DNA of 44,833 bases from Dehalococcoidia bacterium (GCA_023271215.1 JALPYG010000002.1:1-44833); one strand, 5' to 3'. Positions 1-9,608 are shown, numbered from the stretch's first letter. A program made the numbers and translations. Notes: a model not told the origin generated them from the letters alone.

Positions 1-2
1 CT

Positions 3-1136
3 GGCACGAAAGATGGTATAATAGGTGAAAACTGGCAGGGAAAGTCAGCTTTTATCGTCACCGATGCCAATATTGTGAAGTTGGGCCTCGTTGACCTGGT
101 CGAGGGACTACTCTCCCAGGCGGGGATAGAGAGCACCGTCTTTGACGGGGTAGAGCCCGATCCATCCATTGAGACGGTGAGGAAGGGGGCGGTTCTAATG
201 AGCGAGTATGGGCCGGACTGGGTGGTGGCGGTGGGGGGAGGATCGGTGATGGACGCTGCCAAGGCAATGCGGGTGGAATATGAAAGGCCTGATATGACGA
301 TAGAGGAGGTATTCGGCTGGACCTCCGGTCTGGGGCTCGGAGCGAAGTCGCGGCTTATCTGTATTCCGACAACTTCGGGCACCGGTGCCGAGGCAACGTG
401 GGCGATAGTGCTCACCGATACCGCGGAGCGGGGGAAGCTGGGACTCGGCTGCCGCGAAACCATCCCGGATATCGCTATCGTGGATCCCGCCTTCGCAATG
501 GCGATGCCTCCTGGACTTACGGCGCAGACCGGCATGGACGTGCTCACCCATGCCATCGAAGGGTTTACCAGTACCTGGAGGAACGACATCAGCGACGGCC
601 TCTGCCTCAGAGCTATCCAGCTTGTTTTTCGATATCTGCCGCGGGCCTGCCGGGACGGGCAGGATGTGGAAGCCCGGGAGAAGATGCATAATGCCGCCTG
701 TATCGCCGGGATGGGCTTCGGCAATTCCATGCCCGCGCTGGCGCATGCCGCCGGCCACTCCCTGGGAGCCGTATTCCATGTGCCCCATGGTCGGACGGTG
801 GGGCTCTTCCTGCCGTACAGTATCGAGTTTATCGGGGAAGCCCATGACGAACTCTGGGCGGAGATAGCTCACTCCATCAGGTTAGAGATGCCCAAAGGAG
901 CCAAGACAGGGCCGGCTCTGGCCAGGGCGATAGGTGCGCTGGCCAGCAGTATCAACGAACCGTTGAGCATCAAGGAGATAGGCATTCCCCCGGATAGCTT
1001 CGATAGTTCCCTGGAGAAGCTGGTAGACAATGCCTTTGCCGATGTTACGCTAATTACGGCAGCCAGAGTGCCCAGCACCGAGGAAGTTGAAAAGCTTTTC
1101 CGCTATGCCTACGATGGAAAGTCCATAGATTTCTAG
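3..1136 (+). CDS. Iron-containing (group III) alcohol dehydrogenase, 5' end cut by the window edge
   Basis: The frame is open from base 3 (..KSAFIVTDANIVKLGL..) upstream of the listed GTG. It has the GGGSVMDAAKAM motif and the His-rich metal motifs (HAIEG, HAAGHSLGAVFHVPHG) typical of Fe-ADH. Confidence 0.85.
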   Translation, partial: GTKDGIIGENWQGKSAFIVTDANIVKLGLVDLVEGLLSQAGIESTVFDGVEPDPSIETVRKGAVLMSEYGPDWVVAVGGGSVMDAAKAMRVEYERPDMTIEEVFGWTSGLGLGAKSRLICIPTTSGTGAEATWAIVLTDTAERGKLGLGCRETIPDIAIVDPAFAMAMPPGLTAQTGMDVLTHAIEGFTSTWRNDISDGLCLRAIQLVFRYLPRACRDGQDVEAREKMHNAACIAGMGFGNSMPALAHAAGHSLGAVFHVPHGRTVGLFLPYSIEFIGEAHDELWAEIAHSIRLEMPKGAKTGPALARAIGALASSINEPLSIKEIGIPPDSFDSSLEKLVDNAFADVTLITAARVPSTEEVEKLFRYAYDGKSIDF

Positions 1137-1149
1137 CTGTCCGCCGCTT

Positions 1150-1947
1150 CTAATTGGCAGCTATCTCGGCAAAAGAGGCAGGGAAGTATCTCCCCCCGTA
1201 TACGTTCCTTATGCCGGCAACGAGGTCCGAGCTGGCGGCCTTCTTGGGAATAAAGCCGTATGCTCCCGCCTGCCTGGCGACCAGCATGTTCTCCTCCTCA
1301 TCATATTGGCTCAAAATCAAGACCTTTGTCTCAGGGCATTCGCTGCTTATCCGTTTTGTAGCTTCCAGGCCGTTCACCCCAGGCATGACTATGTCCATCA
1401 ACGCCACGTGCGGCAGAAGCCGCAGCGCCTTCTCAACAGCGTCCCGCCCGTCAACCGCCTCGCCTACCACTTCCAGACCCTTTTGCAGTGCCAGGACGGC
1501 ACATATCCCCGTTCTGACCATAGTATGGTCGTCTGCTACCAGCACTCTTATCAGTCTGGTCGCTTCTTCCAGCAGGCTTTGAATTCGAGGCACCAGCGAA
1601 GACGGCTCTATTGGCTTGGATAGGTACTCGTTAGCCTCGAGCTGCATGCCCTCAAACCTCCTCCATCCCTTTACAGGTCTCTCCTTATAGCGGGCATCTA
1701 TTACTATCAGTGGTATGTCTCTATATCTGGGGTGCTGCACCACCCACTGATATAAGGAGAATGCCTGCCCAGCCGGAGCTAATGTACCCAGCACAATGAG
1801 ATCGGGGTCTGCCTTCATCATCTCCTGGGCTAACGATTTGCTGGAGGTAGTCATCACCTGATAGTGTCTAGCCTCCAAAGTCATCCGGCAAGCTTCGACA
1901 AAATCAGGCTCGTCATCTACAATCAGGATTTTCTCATTTTTCCCCAT
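1150..1947 (-). CDS. Response regulator with two receiver (REC) domains and no output domain
   Basis: REC1 is KILIVDDEPDF.. and REC2 is IRVLVADDHTMVR..MDIVMPGVNG (NarL-type REC), with no HTH. The preferred start is MGKNEK at 1947, preceded by a G-rich RBS. Confidence 0.8.
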   Translation of the reverse strand: MGKNEKILIVDDEPDFVEACRMTLEARHYQVMTTSSKSLAQEMMKADPDLIVLGTLAPAGQAFSLYQWVVQHPRYRDIPLIVIDARYKERPVKGWRRFEGMQLEANEYLSKPIEPSSLVPRIQSLLEEATRLIRVLVADDHTMVRTGICAVLALQKGLEVVGEAVDGRDAVEKALRLLPHVALMDIVMPGVNGLEATKRISSECPETKVLILSQYDEEENMLVARQAGAYGFIPKKAASSDLVAGIRNVYGGRYFPASFAEIAAN

Positions 1948-2052
1948 CTTACTTTCCCCCCTATCTAGATTTGGCTCCCTCTTTGACCTCCTGTCTCCCA
2001 TCTTACTATCCCTCCTACCCGGCCTACGGCTGTCCCTCGCTGAACCGGTCTC

Positions 2053-2955
2053 TCAAGAGGGTACACCGACCAGTTCCGCCGCCTCCAGGATATCAGGAAC
2101 TATCCCCTCGTTGCCTACCGCCATAACGTGGACGCCGTGACACAGGTTTTCCTCTTTTATGGTCCTTATCAACCGCGCCGCAACCTCGATTCCTTTCTGA
2201 AGTCCCTTGCCTTTCCCCGCACTGGCCAGCTCGTCGATGATGGCCTGGGCCACGATTATTCCGGGAACATTATCATTCATGTACCGAGCCATCCTTGCTG
2301 AGGCCAACACGATAATCCCCGCTAAGATTTTGACGTTAAACTGGGAGGCATACTGCATAAACCGGCGCAGGCTCCCGAGGTCAAAAATACCCTGAGTCTG
2401 AAAAAACTGCGCTCCCGCAGAGACCTTCTTTTCGAACTTGATCAGTTGCGGCTCAATGAAGTCTGCTTCGGGATGTACCGAGGCGCCGGTGCAGAAATTC
2501 GGAGCGCCTTTGAGTTCTTTTCCCGCTATATCCGTTCCCGATTCCATTATCCTGATCATCTTCAGCAACTGCACCGAATCCAGGTCGAAGACCGGCTTTG
2601 CTTCGTCGTGATCCCCCGCGTCAACGGAATCGCCGGTGAGGCAAAGCACGTTCACGATGCCTCTGGAGTAGGCCAGGAGAAGATCAGCTTGTAGCGCCAG
2701 GCGATTACGGTCTCGACAGGTCATCTGGAGGATAGGCTCACCGCCGTGTTCCTTCACCAACAGACAGCCACCCAACGAGGGAAAACGCATCACGGAGCTT
2801 TGATGATCGGTGATGTTGATGGCGTCAACCTTGTCCTTGAGTAAGTCTATGTGGTGAACCATTTCCGAGATATCGGCGCCTTTGGGAGGCCCGATCTCTG
2901 TGGTCACCAGGAATTCATTGGAGTAGAGTTTTTCCTCAAACAGGGAGTTAGCCAT
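2053..2955 (-). CDS. metF: Methylenetetrahydrofolate reductase, MetF (acetogen/anaerobe type)
   Basis: MTHFR-like sequence (TTEIGPPKGAD, INITDHQSS, CLTGD). The likely start MANSLFEE at 2955 overlaps the metV stop as ATGGCTAA. Confidence 0.8.
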   Translation of the reverse strand: MANSLFEEKLYSNEFLVTTEIGPPKGADISEMVHHIDLLKDKVDAINITDHQSSVMRFPSLGGCLLVKEHGGEPILQMTCRDRNRLALQADLLLAYSRGIVNVLCLTGDSVDAGDHDEAKPVFDLDSVQLLKMIRIMESGTDIAGKELKGAPNFCTGASVHPEADFIEPQLIKFEKKVSAGAQFFQTQGIFDLGSLRRFMQYASQFNVKILAGIIVLASARMARYMNDNVPGIIVAQAIIDELASAGKGKGLQKGIEVAARLIRTIKEENLCHGVHVMAVGNEGIVPDILEAAELVGVPS

Positions 2956-3631
2956 ATTCTTCTCCTGGATCAACACTGGTCTTACTTATGATCCTTCTCG
3001 GTCTTGGAATCGTGCGGAAGTTCCTCGGAGGGTAATAGCGGCGCATTCTCTCCAACTGCGCCAGTTTCTCCAGTCGCTCATAGACCAACAGCCAGGCGCA
3101 GTCCATGTCTTTGTTGGCTTCACATTTGCCATTCTTGGTGCCCGCGCAGGGGCCATTGAGTATTCCCTTGATGCACCTGGTGATGGGACAGATGCCGGCG
3201 GTGTCTTCCAATCTGCAATCGCCGCAGGCGGCACACCGCTCGTCCCAAACCCCCGTCTCCCTGGTCATGCCCATGAAGGAGGTATTAACACCCGGCAAGG
3301 AGGGCAGCTCCGGAAAGCGTTCGGCTACGGCCTGCACACCGATACCGCAACCCAGCGAAAGGACGGCATCTACCTCAGCAACTCTCTCCACAATCAGTTC
3401 CAGGAATTCAGGATCACATTGCCTTTTCAAGGTATATTCCCAGAAGATATGAATCCCGTTTCCGATCTTCGACTGGGCGACCCGTAATGCGTTATGGAGA
3501 AATGAGACTTCACGCTCGCCACCGGCGTCACAGACCGTCATACAGGTACCACAACCGAGGATCAATACCCTCTCATATGAGGCAATCATTCGACTTATTT
3601 CATCCAAGGGTTTCTGCTCGGCAACGATCAA
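2948..3631 (-). CDS. metV: MetV-like protein (methylene-THF reductase C-terminal, Cys-rich domain)
   Basis: Cys-rich C-terminal region DERCAACGDCRLEDTAGICPITRCIKGILNGPCAG. Its TTG start overlaps the upstream stop (AGTTGATC), and it sits directly upstream of metF. Confidence 0.75.
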   Translation of the reverse strand: MIVAEQKPLDEISRMIASYERVLILGCGTCMTVCDAGGEREVSFLHNALRVAQSKIGNGIHIFWEYTLKRQCDPEFLELIVERVAEVDAVLSLGCGIGVQAVAERFPELPSLPGVNTSFMGMTRETGVWDERCAACGDCRLEDTAGICPITRCIKGILNGPCAGTKNGKCEANKDMDCAWLLVYERLEKLAQLERMRRYYPPRNFRTIPRPRRIISKTSVDPGEEYG

Positions 3632-5775
3632 CTTTTCACCTCCTGCATCATTACTGAGGCCAAGTAGAGCCCGCCTACTTGTTCAATGAAATTATCCATC
3701 CCCTGGGCAGGATCTTCACTGAGGGTGCCGGAGACAAAAGTCTGCAGGCGCTCTGGCTGAAGACCGATCTGCACCAGTATCTTTCGAACCTTTTCAACAC
3801 GCTGGCGAATCCAGGAGGCAGTGTTTTCTCTGGCACATCCATCCCCGCACCCAGCGACAAAAACTCCCTCGGCGCCGATCTCAAGGGCACGCAGTAGGTG
3901 TTCCGCCTCTACCGTGGCCACACAGAGAACAGGAACAATCCAGACACCGGCCCTGGCTCCCCTCCACAGGCTTGCCAGAGTGCCGGTGCCAAAGAGCCCA
4001 TACTGGCAGCAGAAGCCGACAATAAGGGGCTTCAACTTTGATCCCGCCGCAGTCTTAAGGATATGCTCCAGCTCTTCAGTTACACGTCGCCGGTCATGTG
4101 GTTTGCGCAAAACTATTACTTTAGCCGGACACTCGGCTACGCATGTACCACAAGCCTGGCACTGATCAATCGGTATCTGGACAGTGCTCCCGGCATCCAG
4201 GTAAGGTACGTGATACGGGCAGATCCTCAGGCAGGTAAGACAAGTGGCGCACCTGTCTTGAGAGAGGATCTCTGCGCCGGTGCCGCACCGCAGGCACCTT
4301 CTGGCTTCGTTGGTGGCCGTCTCCCAGTCGTAGACAAGCTCTACCGGCTCAAAGTCCTTCGATCTTTCTTCAGAAGCGAGGATCGGTGGCTCGACCCGGC
4401 CGATTCTCCTTACCATCTCCACCGTTTCCGGTAGCAGATCGCCTGTCAGGCTTTCCCTCGTCTCTTTCACCACTAATGGATACCTGTGCTGGAGGTAATC
4501 GTCGATACGCGAAGCCGCCAGCCTGCCGGCGGCTAATGCCTCAACTACAGTGGCCGGTCCGGTAACCGCATCTCCCCCGGCAAAGACCCCGGGCCTGTTA
4601 GTCGCCAGCGTGCCTGGCTCAACCTGAATGGTGCTGCCTCTACCTAGCCTGACACCGAAACCACCCGGGGTTTGGGGTGCTTGTCCAATGGCAGTAATCA
4701 GAGTATCGAACTCCTCATTGAATTCACTCCCCTCGATGGGTACGGGCTGACACCTGCCGCCGGCGTCTGGATCGCCAAGCTCCATCCTTATGCAGGTTAC
4801 GCTTAACCGCCCCTTTTCTCTCTTTATCTTGATGGGCGCCACGAGAAACACGATCTCTACCCCTTCCTCAAGGGCTTGCTCTACTTCTTCAGGGCCGGCG
4901 GGCATTTCAACCCGGCTGCGGCGGTAGAGAATTCTTACCTCACGCGCACCCAGTCGCAGCGCCGTGCGGGCGGCATCAAATGCTACATTCCCTCCCCCGA
5001 TGACCGCGCACCTTTCCCCTGGAGACGGCCTGAGACCGAGGTTAATCTCCCGGAGAAAAGTTGCCCCGTCTATCACCCCCGGGCTCTCTTCGCCGTCTAT
5101 TCTCATTCGAAGGCTCTGGTGGGCACCAATGGTTATGAAGATAGCCTTATAACCAATGTCGAATAGCAAATCCAGGGAAACCACCGGCGTATTCGTCCGG
5201 ATCTCAACCCCCATTCGGGTTAGCCGTTGAACTTCGGTGTCGATTACCTCTCGGGGAAGGCGGTATTGGGGAATGCCTACTCGGAGCATTCCCCCGAGCT
5301 CGGAATGAGCTTCGAAGATAGTCACCGGATAACCAAACTTTCTCAGGTAGTAGGCGCAGGCCAATCCGGCCGGGCCGGAGCCTACTATGGCAACCTTCTC
5401 TATGTGCGAAGTCTCGGCCTCAGCCTGGATCAGCCGGTCACCCCCGAATTCCAGGGCGAATCTCTTCAACGCCCGGATAGCGACAGGCTTGTCCACCTGA
5501 TCACGCCGGCAGGCATCCTCACAGGGATGGGTACACACGTAGGCACAGATAGACGGGAAAGGGTTGCCACTTCTGATCACCTGCAACGATTCCACAATCT
5601 TCCCCTGGGCAACCAGATCGACATATTCTCTGATTTCCATATGTAAGGGGCAGGCGGTTTGACACGTGGGCACGAGGCTATGGTCAGCAAGAAACCGCTG
5701 CGTTCGGTTGGCGGGATAGTTTTGCCTGATATCAGTCAGCAGTGAATCCATCAGATACCTCTTGAATGGGAGCAA
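3628..5775 (-). CDS. Fusion protein: NfnB/GltD-like NAD(P)H-FAD oxidoreductase + 2x[4Fe-4S] ferredoxin domain + MvhD (FlpD) domain
   Basis: GltD-like N-terminal FeS region and dinucleotide folds (VAIVGSGPAGLACAYYL, AVIGGGNVAFDAAR). Two CxxCxxCxxxCP clusters (CATCLTCLRICP, CQACGTCVAECP). MvhD-like C-terminus (LIVGFCCQYG...VLCVATVEAEHLLRALEIGAEGVFVAGCGDGC). Confidence 0.75.
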   Translation of the reverse strand: MLPFKRYLMDSLLTDIRQNYPANRTQRFLADHSLVPTCQTACPLHMEIREYVDLVAQGKIVESLQVIRSGNPFPSICAYVCTHPCEDACRRDQVDKPVAIRALKRFALEFGGDRLIQAEAETSHIEKVAIVGSGPAGLACAYYLRKFGYPVTIFEAHSELGGMLRVGIPQYRLPREVIDTEVQRLTRMGVEIRTNTPVVSLDLLFDIGYKAIFITIGAHQSLRMRIDGEESPGVIDGATFLREINLGLRPSPGERCAVIGGGNVAFDAARTALRLGAREVRILYRRSRVEMPAGPEEVEQALEEGVEIVFLVAPIKIKREKGRLSVTCIRMELGDPDAGGRCQPVPIEGSEFNEEFDTLITAIGQAPQTPGGFGVRLGRGSTIQVEPGTLATNRPGVFAGGDAVTGPATVVEALAAGRLAASRIDDYLQHRYPLVVKETRESLTGDLLPETVEMVRRIGRVEPPILASEERSKDFEPVELVYDWETATNEARRCLRCGTGAEILSQDRCATCLTCLRICPYHVPYLDAGSTVQIPIDQCQACGTCVAECPAKVIVLRKPHDRRRVTEELEHILKTAAGSKLKPLIVGFCCQYGLFGTGTLASLWRGARAGVWIVPVLCVATVEAEHLLRALEIGAEGVFVAGCGDGCARENTASWIRQRVEKVRKILVQIGLQPERLQTFVSGTLSEDPAQGMDNFIEQVGGLYLASVMMQEVKS

Positions 5776-5954
5776 TAAAGATTCTACCTTTATTGTACCT
5801 GATGGTCACGACGGCGCAATGGGAAATCCCCCGGTATTGGTGCCACTCTGTCCCCGGAATTTCAACCGGGAAACACCCTGATTTATCGACCGGAAAACCA
5901 CCGGTCTCGAGGAGATTATCGAGAAGCTGAGTGAGGGAGGGTTAATTTACGCCA

Positions 5955-6608
5955 TCAGAGGGTGATAATCGCCCTGCGTATGGCGAACTTAATCAGGTCA
6001 GTTTTACTGTGAATGTTAAGCTTGTTCATCAGGCTGGCCTTGTACCACTCGGCGGTCTTGGGACTGATGATCAGCATATCGGCTATCTCCCGAGCAGTAT
6101 GTCCCTCGGCAACCAGCTTGAGCACTTCCCTTTCTCTATCGGTCAACTGGTCGTAAGGGTCTCTTCCCTCTTCCTCCGCGGTTTTCTGTTGACATTCCTC
6201 AATAAGAGCCGCTGCCGCCGAGGGGGATAGAAAGGATTCTCCTCTGTAGACGGCTTGAATAGCTGAACTAAGCTCTGAAAATGATGCCATCTTGGTCACA
6301 AATCCTCGGGCGCCTGCCTCGATGACGGGAATGACATACTCGCTATCGTCGTACTGAGTCAATGCCAGTATCTTCGTTGCGGCCAATTCCCTGCAGATTC
6401 TGCGTGTTGCTTCCAGTCCCCCCATGATAGGCATGGCCAGGTCCATCAGCACTACGTCCGGCAGAAGCTGTCTTGCCTTTTCCAGGGCTTCCTTTCCATT
6501 GGTTGCCTCGCCGACTATTTCTATGTCGGCGGTTAGCGCCAGCAGAGACCGGATGCCGTCTCGCACCAGGGTGTGATCATCGACTATCAGCACCCTTATT
6601 CTCTTCAT
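5955..6608 (-). CDS. NarL/FixJ-family response regulator (REC + LuxR HTH)
   Basis: IRVLIVDDHTLVRDGI, MDLAMPIMGG, and a C-terminal LTDREREVLKLVAEGHTAREIA. The start at 6608 has an AAGGA RBS. It overlaps the kinase gene end. Confidence 0.85.
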   Translation of the reverse strand: MKRIRVLIVDDHTLVRDGIRSLLALTADIEIVGEATNGKEALEKARQLLPDVVLMDLAMPIMGGLEATRRICRELAATKILALTQYDDSEYVIPVIEAGARGFVTKMASFSELSSAIQAVYRGESFLSPSAAAALIEECQQKTAEEEGRDPYDQLTDREREVLKLVAEGHTAREIADMLIISPKTAEWYKASLMNKLNIHSKTDLIKFAIRRAIITL

Positions 6609-8292
6609 CTGCCACATCCTTTTCCATCGGGACCCTCACCACAACCGTGGTCCCTTGCCCTGCCCGGGACTCGACACGACAAACGCCGCCCACCAATCTT
6701 GTTCTCTCCTTCATAGTGAACAAACCGGCTCCCCGCCCGCCAGGTTCCACCTGTGTGATCTTGCTGACATTGAACCCTTTACCGTCGTCCTCGATGCGCA
6801 GTACGCACCCGGTGGCATCGCACTCAACCTTGATCGAGGCATTTTTCGCCCCCGAGTGTTCCAGGATGTTGCCTATCGCCCCCTGGGCGACACGGTATAG
6901 GGTTACTTCAACTTCCAGCGGGAACCGCTCGTCGGTGCCTCTGAATTCCGTTGATACATTGATGCCTTGAGCCTGTAGGGTATCTTTAGCATAGCGGTAG
7001 ATTGCCGCCGCCATGCCAAGCTCGTCCAACAAGGTAGGGCGGAGTTCCTTCATGAGCTTCACCACCTCATTGCCGGCGCGAACCGCGTAGGAGTGCGTCG
7101 TCCTGAGCTTCTGCAGAAGCTCCGCATCCCTGATACCCTTCATTTCCGCCATTTGTACGATCGCCTGCAGGCTCAGCGTCAAGCTGGTAAGTGCCTGGCT
7201 GGTCTCGTCGTGCAGTTCGCGGGCGATCCTTTTTCGTTCCTCCTCCTGGGCAGTCAGAGCATGTTGCAGAAGAGCTCGATATCTTTCTCCTGCTCTCGCC
7301 AGTCGATCGTATAGCTTGGCTTGCTCGATTGCAGTGCCCAGATAATCGCCAACCGAAGTAAGGAGGGAAACATCATCGGCACCAAACCGCCCTGCACTCT
7401 GGCTGGCGACGTTCATTACGCCTACAACTTCATCCTTGGCTTTCAGGGGAATGCTGATGAACCCCTTGATACCCTCGGCGCTTACCAGATCGGGACAAGC
7501 AGTGCGGGGGTCCTTGGAGATGTCTGGTAGAACAATGGGCATACCGGTTTGGGCCACCCTTCCCGCTATTCCCTCCCCGCGGGACATGCGCATCTCCTCG
7601 GCATATTTGGCCGACAGGCCGCGGTGCATGTGATAATACAGCGTTTCAGTATTTTCATCCAGGAGCAGAATTCCTCCAACGGCGCCATCGATGATATCCA
7701 GCACATTGTCCAGAGCACTCCTCAGGATGGTATCTAAGTCCCCGGGCCCGCTCACCGCACTTGAAATGTGACTCAGGGCTGACAGTTGGTGATGTCGCCT
7801 CAGGATCTGGGTCTCCAACTGTCGTTCTGCGGTAACGTCTCTCCTCACCTCAACTATCGCCCTGGTGTTGCCATAGCTATCCAGGAGAGGATACATCGTG
7901 ATCTTGAGATATTTCTCCCCATCGAGGGCGCGTACAGGGTGAATAACTGTTGTCATGCTGCTGCTTCCAAGGACTTTTCTGAGGGGGCAATCCCACAGCG
8001 GCGCACCACAGGGCCTGTCGCGGTCATGAAAGACCTGGTAGCAAACCCTGCCGATAGGTGACCCGAGCCCCTTCGGAGGCCTGCTTCGCGCTGATGAATT
8101 GGCGAACACGACTCGGTACTCACTATCGATGATCAGTAGCTCATCTTCCAGGCCATCCAGTACATCCTGCAGGCTCAGCTCCAGGCTTGCATCTCTGGCA
8201 GCTCGTCGACTCGCTGTCTTCTTCTGCATGTCTGCCTCCCCTGCTCCGCGCAGGGGCAATGGGACATAACCTGAGTCATTCTCCTCACTCAT
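6577..8292 (-). CDS. Sensor histidine kinase (PAS-GAF-HisKA_3-HATPase)
   Basis: H-box ARELHDETSQALTSL, a GAF-like middle region, and an ATPase C-terminus (DDGKGF, GGRGAGLFTMKER). It is translationally coupled to the NarL regulator. The exact start is uncertain. Confidence 0.85.
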   Translation of the reverse strand: MSEENDSGYVPLPLRGAGEADMQKKTASRRAARDASLELSLQDVLDGLEDELLIIDSEYRVVFANSSARSRPPKGLGSPIGRVCYQVFHDRDRPCGAPLWDCPLRKVLGSSSMTTVIHPVRALDGEKYLKITMYPLLDSYGNTRAIVEVRRDVTAERQLETQILRRHHQLSALSHISSAVSGPGDLDTILRSALDNVLDIIDGAVGGILLLDENTETLYYHMHRGLSAKYAEEMRMSRGEGIAGRVAQTGMPIVLPDISKDPRTACPDLVSAEGIKGFISIPLKAKDEVVGVMNVASQSAGRFGADDVSLLTSVGDYLGTAIEQAKLYDRLARAGERYRALLQHALTAQEEERKRIARELHDETSQALTSLTLSLQAIVQMAEMKGIRDAELLQKLRTTHSYAVRAGNEVVKLMKELRPTLLDELGMAAAIYRYAKDTLQAQGINVSTEFRGTDERFPLEVEVTLYRVAQGAIGNILEHSGAKNASIKVECDATGCVLRIEDDGKGFNVSKITQVEPGGRGAGLFTMKERTRLVGGVCRVESRAGQGTTVVVRVPMEKDVADEENKGADSR

Positions 8293-8314
8293 CTTGTCAA
8301 TTGGTAGGAGGAGA

Positions 8315-8431
8315 TTACCTCAGTTCGCTGAAATCTTCTCTGGTTACCCGAATCTCCTTCACCCACTCATCGACAACTGCGATCATGGCCTCATAGAGCT
8401 CCGCGGTGATCCCTTTAAGTGCCTCAGCCAT
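8315..8431 (-). pseudogene. Internally deleted copy of the 14843-15580 gene (38-codon remnant MAEALKGITAELYEAMIAVVDEWVKEIRVTREDFSELR*)
   Basis: The 5' ~150 nt and the last ~35 nt match the full-length gene at 14843-15580. The middle is missing and the junction creates a TAA stop. Confidence 0.55.
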
Positions 8432-8457
8432 TTCTTGTCCCTCCCCCGGCGAATCCA

Positions 8458-8526
8458 CTGATGGTTGATGGTTGCATTATCTGGATTGGTCTAACCGTGA
8501 ACCTTGAACCCCGGAACTTTGAACCT
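8458..8526. repeat. Heptamer-type repeat element (GGTTGAT units facing GAACC units)
   Basis: ctgatggttgatggttgc ... ctaaccgtgaaccttgaaccccggaactttgaacc. It resembles 23440-23525 and 15607-15640. Confidence 0.7.
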
Positions 8527-8538
8527 GCGTAGTTACAC

Positions 8539-9099
8539 TTAGCTCAGGATTTCTTCGACAGCTAACCTCAACTCGGGGAAGGAGGTTGGAGAAAGGCGGT
8601 CGCTACGGCGCAGGGTCTCCATTTCATGATAGCCTTCGAGAGAAGGGCTTTGGTAGACCTCTATCGCTTCACCCTCTAGGTTCACCAACCAAACCTCAAG
8701 GATTCCCCCGCGGGCGTATAGAGGGACCTTTATTACCCGGTCGTAATCGGCCGAGGTCTCAGCCACTTCAATGACCAGCAGGATGTCCTCCGGCCCGGGA
8801 TGGGCTGGGGAATAAAAATCCGGGCGTGGTCGCAGCAGTGCCAGGTCAGGCTGAGGCTCGGAACGCTCCCCCAGACGGATGGGGTTTTGGACGCTGATTA
8901 TGGCGCCCCTCCCTACATTGTCAGAAAAAAGCCGATTAAGCCGGTTCACAGCAGCAACGTGCCTGCTTCCGATAGGGGTCATTTCCTCCACCTTCCCTTC
9001 AATAAGCTCCACACGGTCATCCTCACCGAGGATGCCAGCCCGAACCATGGAGTGATATTCCTCTACTGTGAACAAACGTCGCAACATCTGAATAGTCAT
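8539..9099 (-). CDS. Uma2-family (DUF820) PD-(D/E)xK endonuclease
   Basis: FTVEEYHSMVRAGIL..RVELIEGKV..MTPIGSRH...PDLALL...VIEVAETS...K..LYARGGILEVWLVNL, the typical Uma2 layout. Confidence 0.85.
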   Translation of the reverse strand: MTIQMLRRLFTVEEYHSMVRAGILGEDDRVELIEGKVEEMTPIGSRHVAAVNRLNRLFSDNVGRGAIISVQNPIRLGERSEPQPDLALLRPRPDFYSPAHPGPEDILLVIEVAETSADYDRVIKVPLYARGGILEVWLVNLEGEAIEVYQSPSLEGYHEMETLRRSDRLSPTSFPELRLAVEEILS

Positions 9100-9100
9100 G

Positions 9101-9241
9101 CTATGCCTTCTCTCCCTTCTTCTCCCCCTCTTCTCTCCCTTCTTCCCTCCCCTCTTTCAGAATCTCCTTCACCCGCTCATCGACAACTGCGATCATGGCC
9201 TCATAGAGCTCCGCGGTGATCCCTTTAAGTGCCTCAGCCAT
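9101..9241 (-). CDS. Small ORF made of the shared 5' cassette fused to a Glu/Gly/Lys-rich tail; its stop abuts the Uma2 start (TAGcATG)
   Basis: MAEALKGITAELYEAMIAVVDERVKEI then LKEGREEGREEGEKKGEKA*. A GGGGAGGGA RBS lies upstream, and an extended -10 (TGGTATAAT, rc of 9312-9320) lies further upstream. Confidence 0.45.
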   Translation of the reverse strand: MAEALKGITAELYEAMIAVVDERVKEILKEGREEGREEGEKKGEKA

Positions 9242-9580
9242 TTCTTGTCCCTCCCCTGGCGAATCCAAAGTTATTCCGACCTTTGAACATGAATAACCCT
9301 CCTGGTGGTTAATTATACCACATTTCTGCTTCCTTTTCCTTCCGACCTTCCGATATTGATGGACTTCCTCAGATATTTCCCCCAACTGCGTCCTTAAATC
9401 CTGGTTCTCCGTTACTGGCGGCGTTCTCCGATTCCTGTACTGGCTAACCCGCTATATTCTCGGCAGCGTTGCCTTGAACCTTTGCGAGAGCCCGGCTTCA
9501 TACACCTGAGGTGATCGCTAGGAACCGGCTCTTAATCCCACGGACTGCTGCTCTTGCCGAAATTAAGCCCTGCCAGATGT

Positions 9581-9608
9581 TTGACAAACGAGAGGGATTC
9601 TCTATAAT
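9581..9608 (+). promoter_or_regulatory. Near-consensus sigma70-type promoter (TTGACA-16 nt-TATAAT)
   Basis: TTGACA at 9581-9586 and TATAAT at 9603-9608, about 95 nt upstream of the DUF6883 ATG. Confidence 0.5.
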
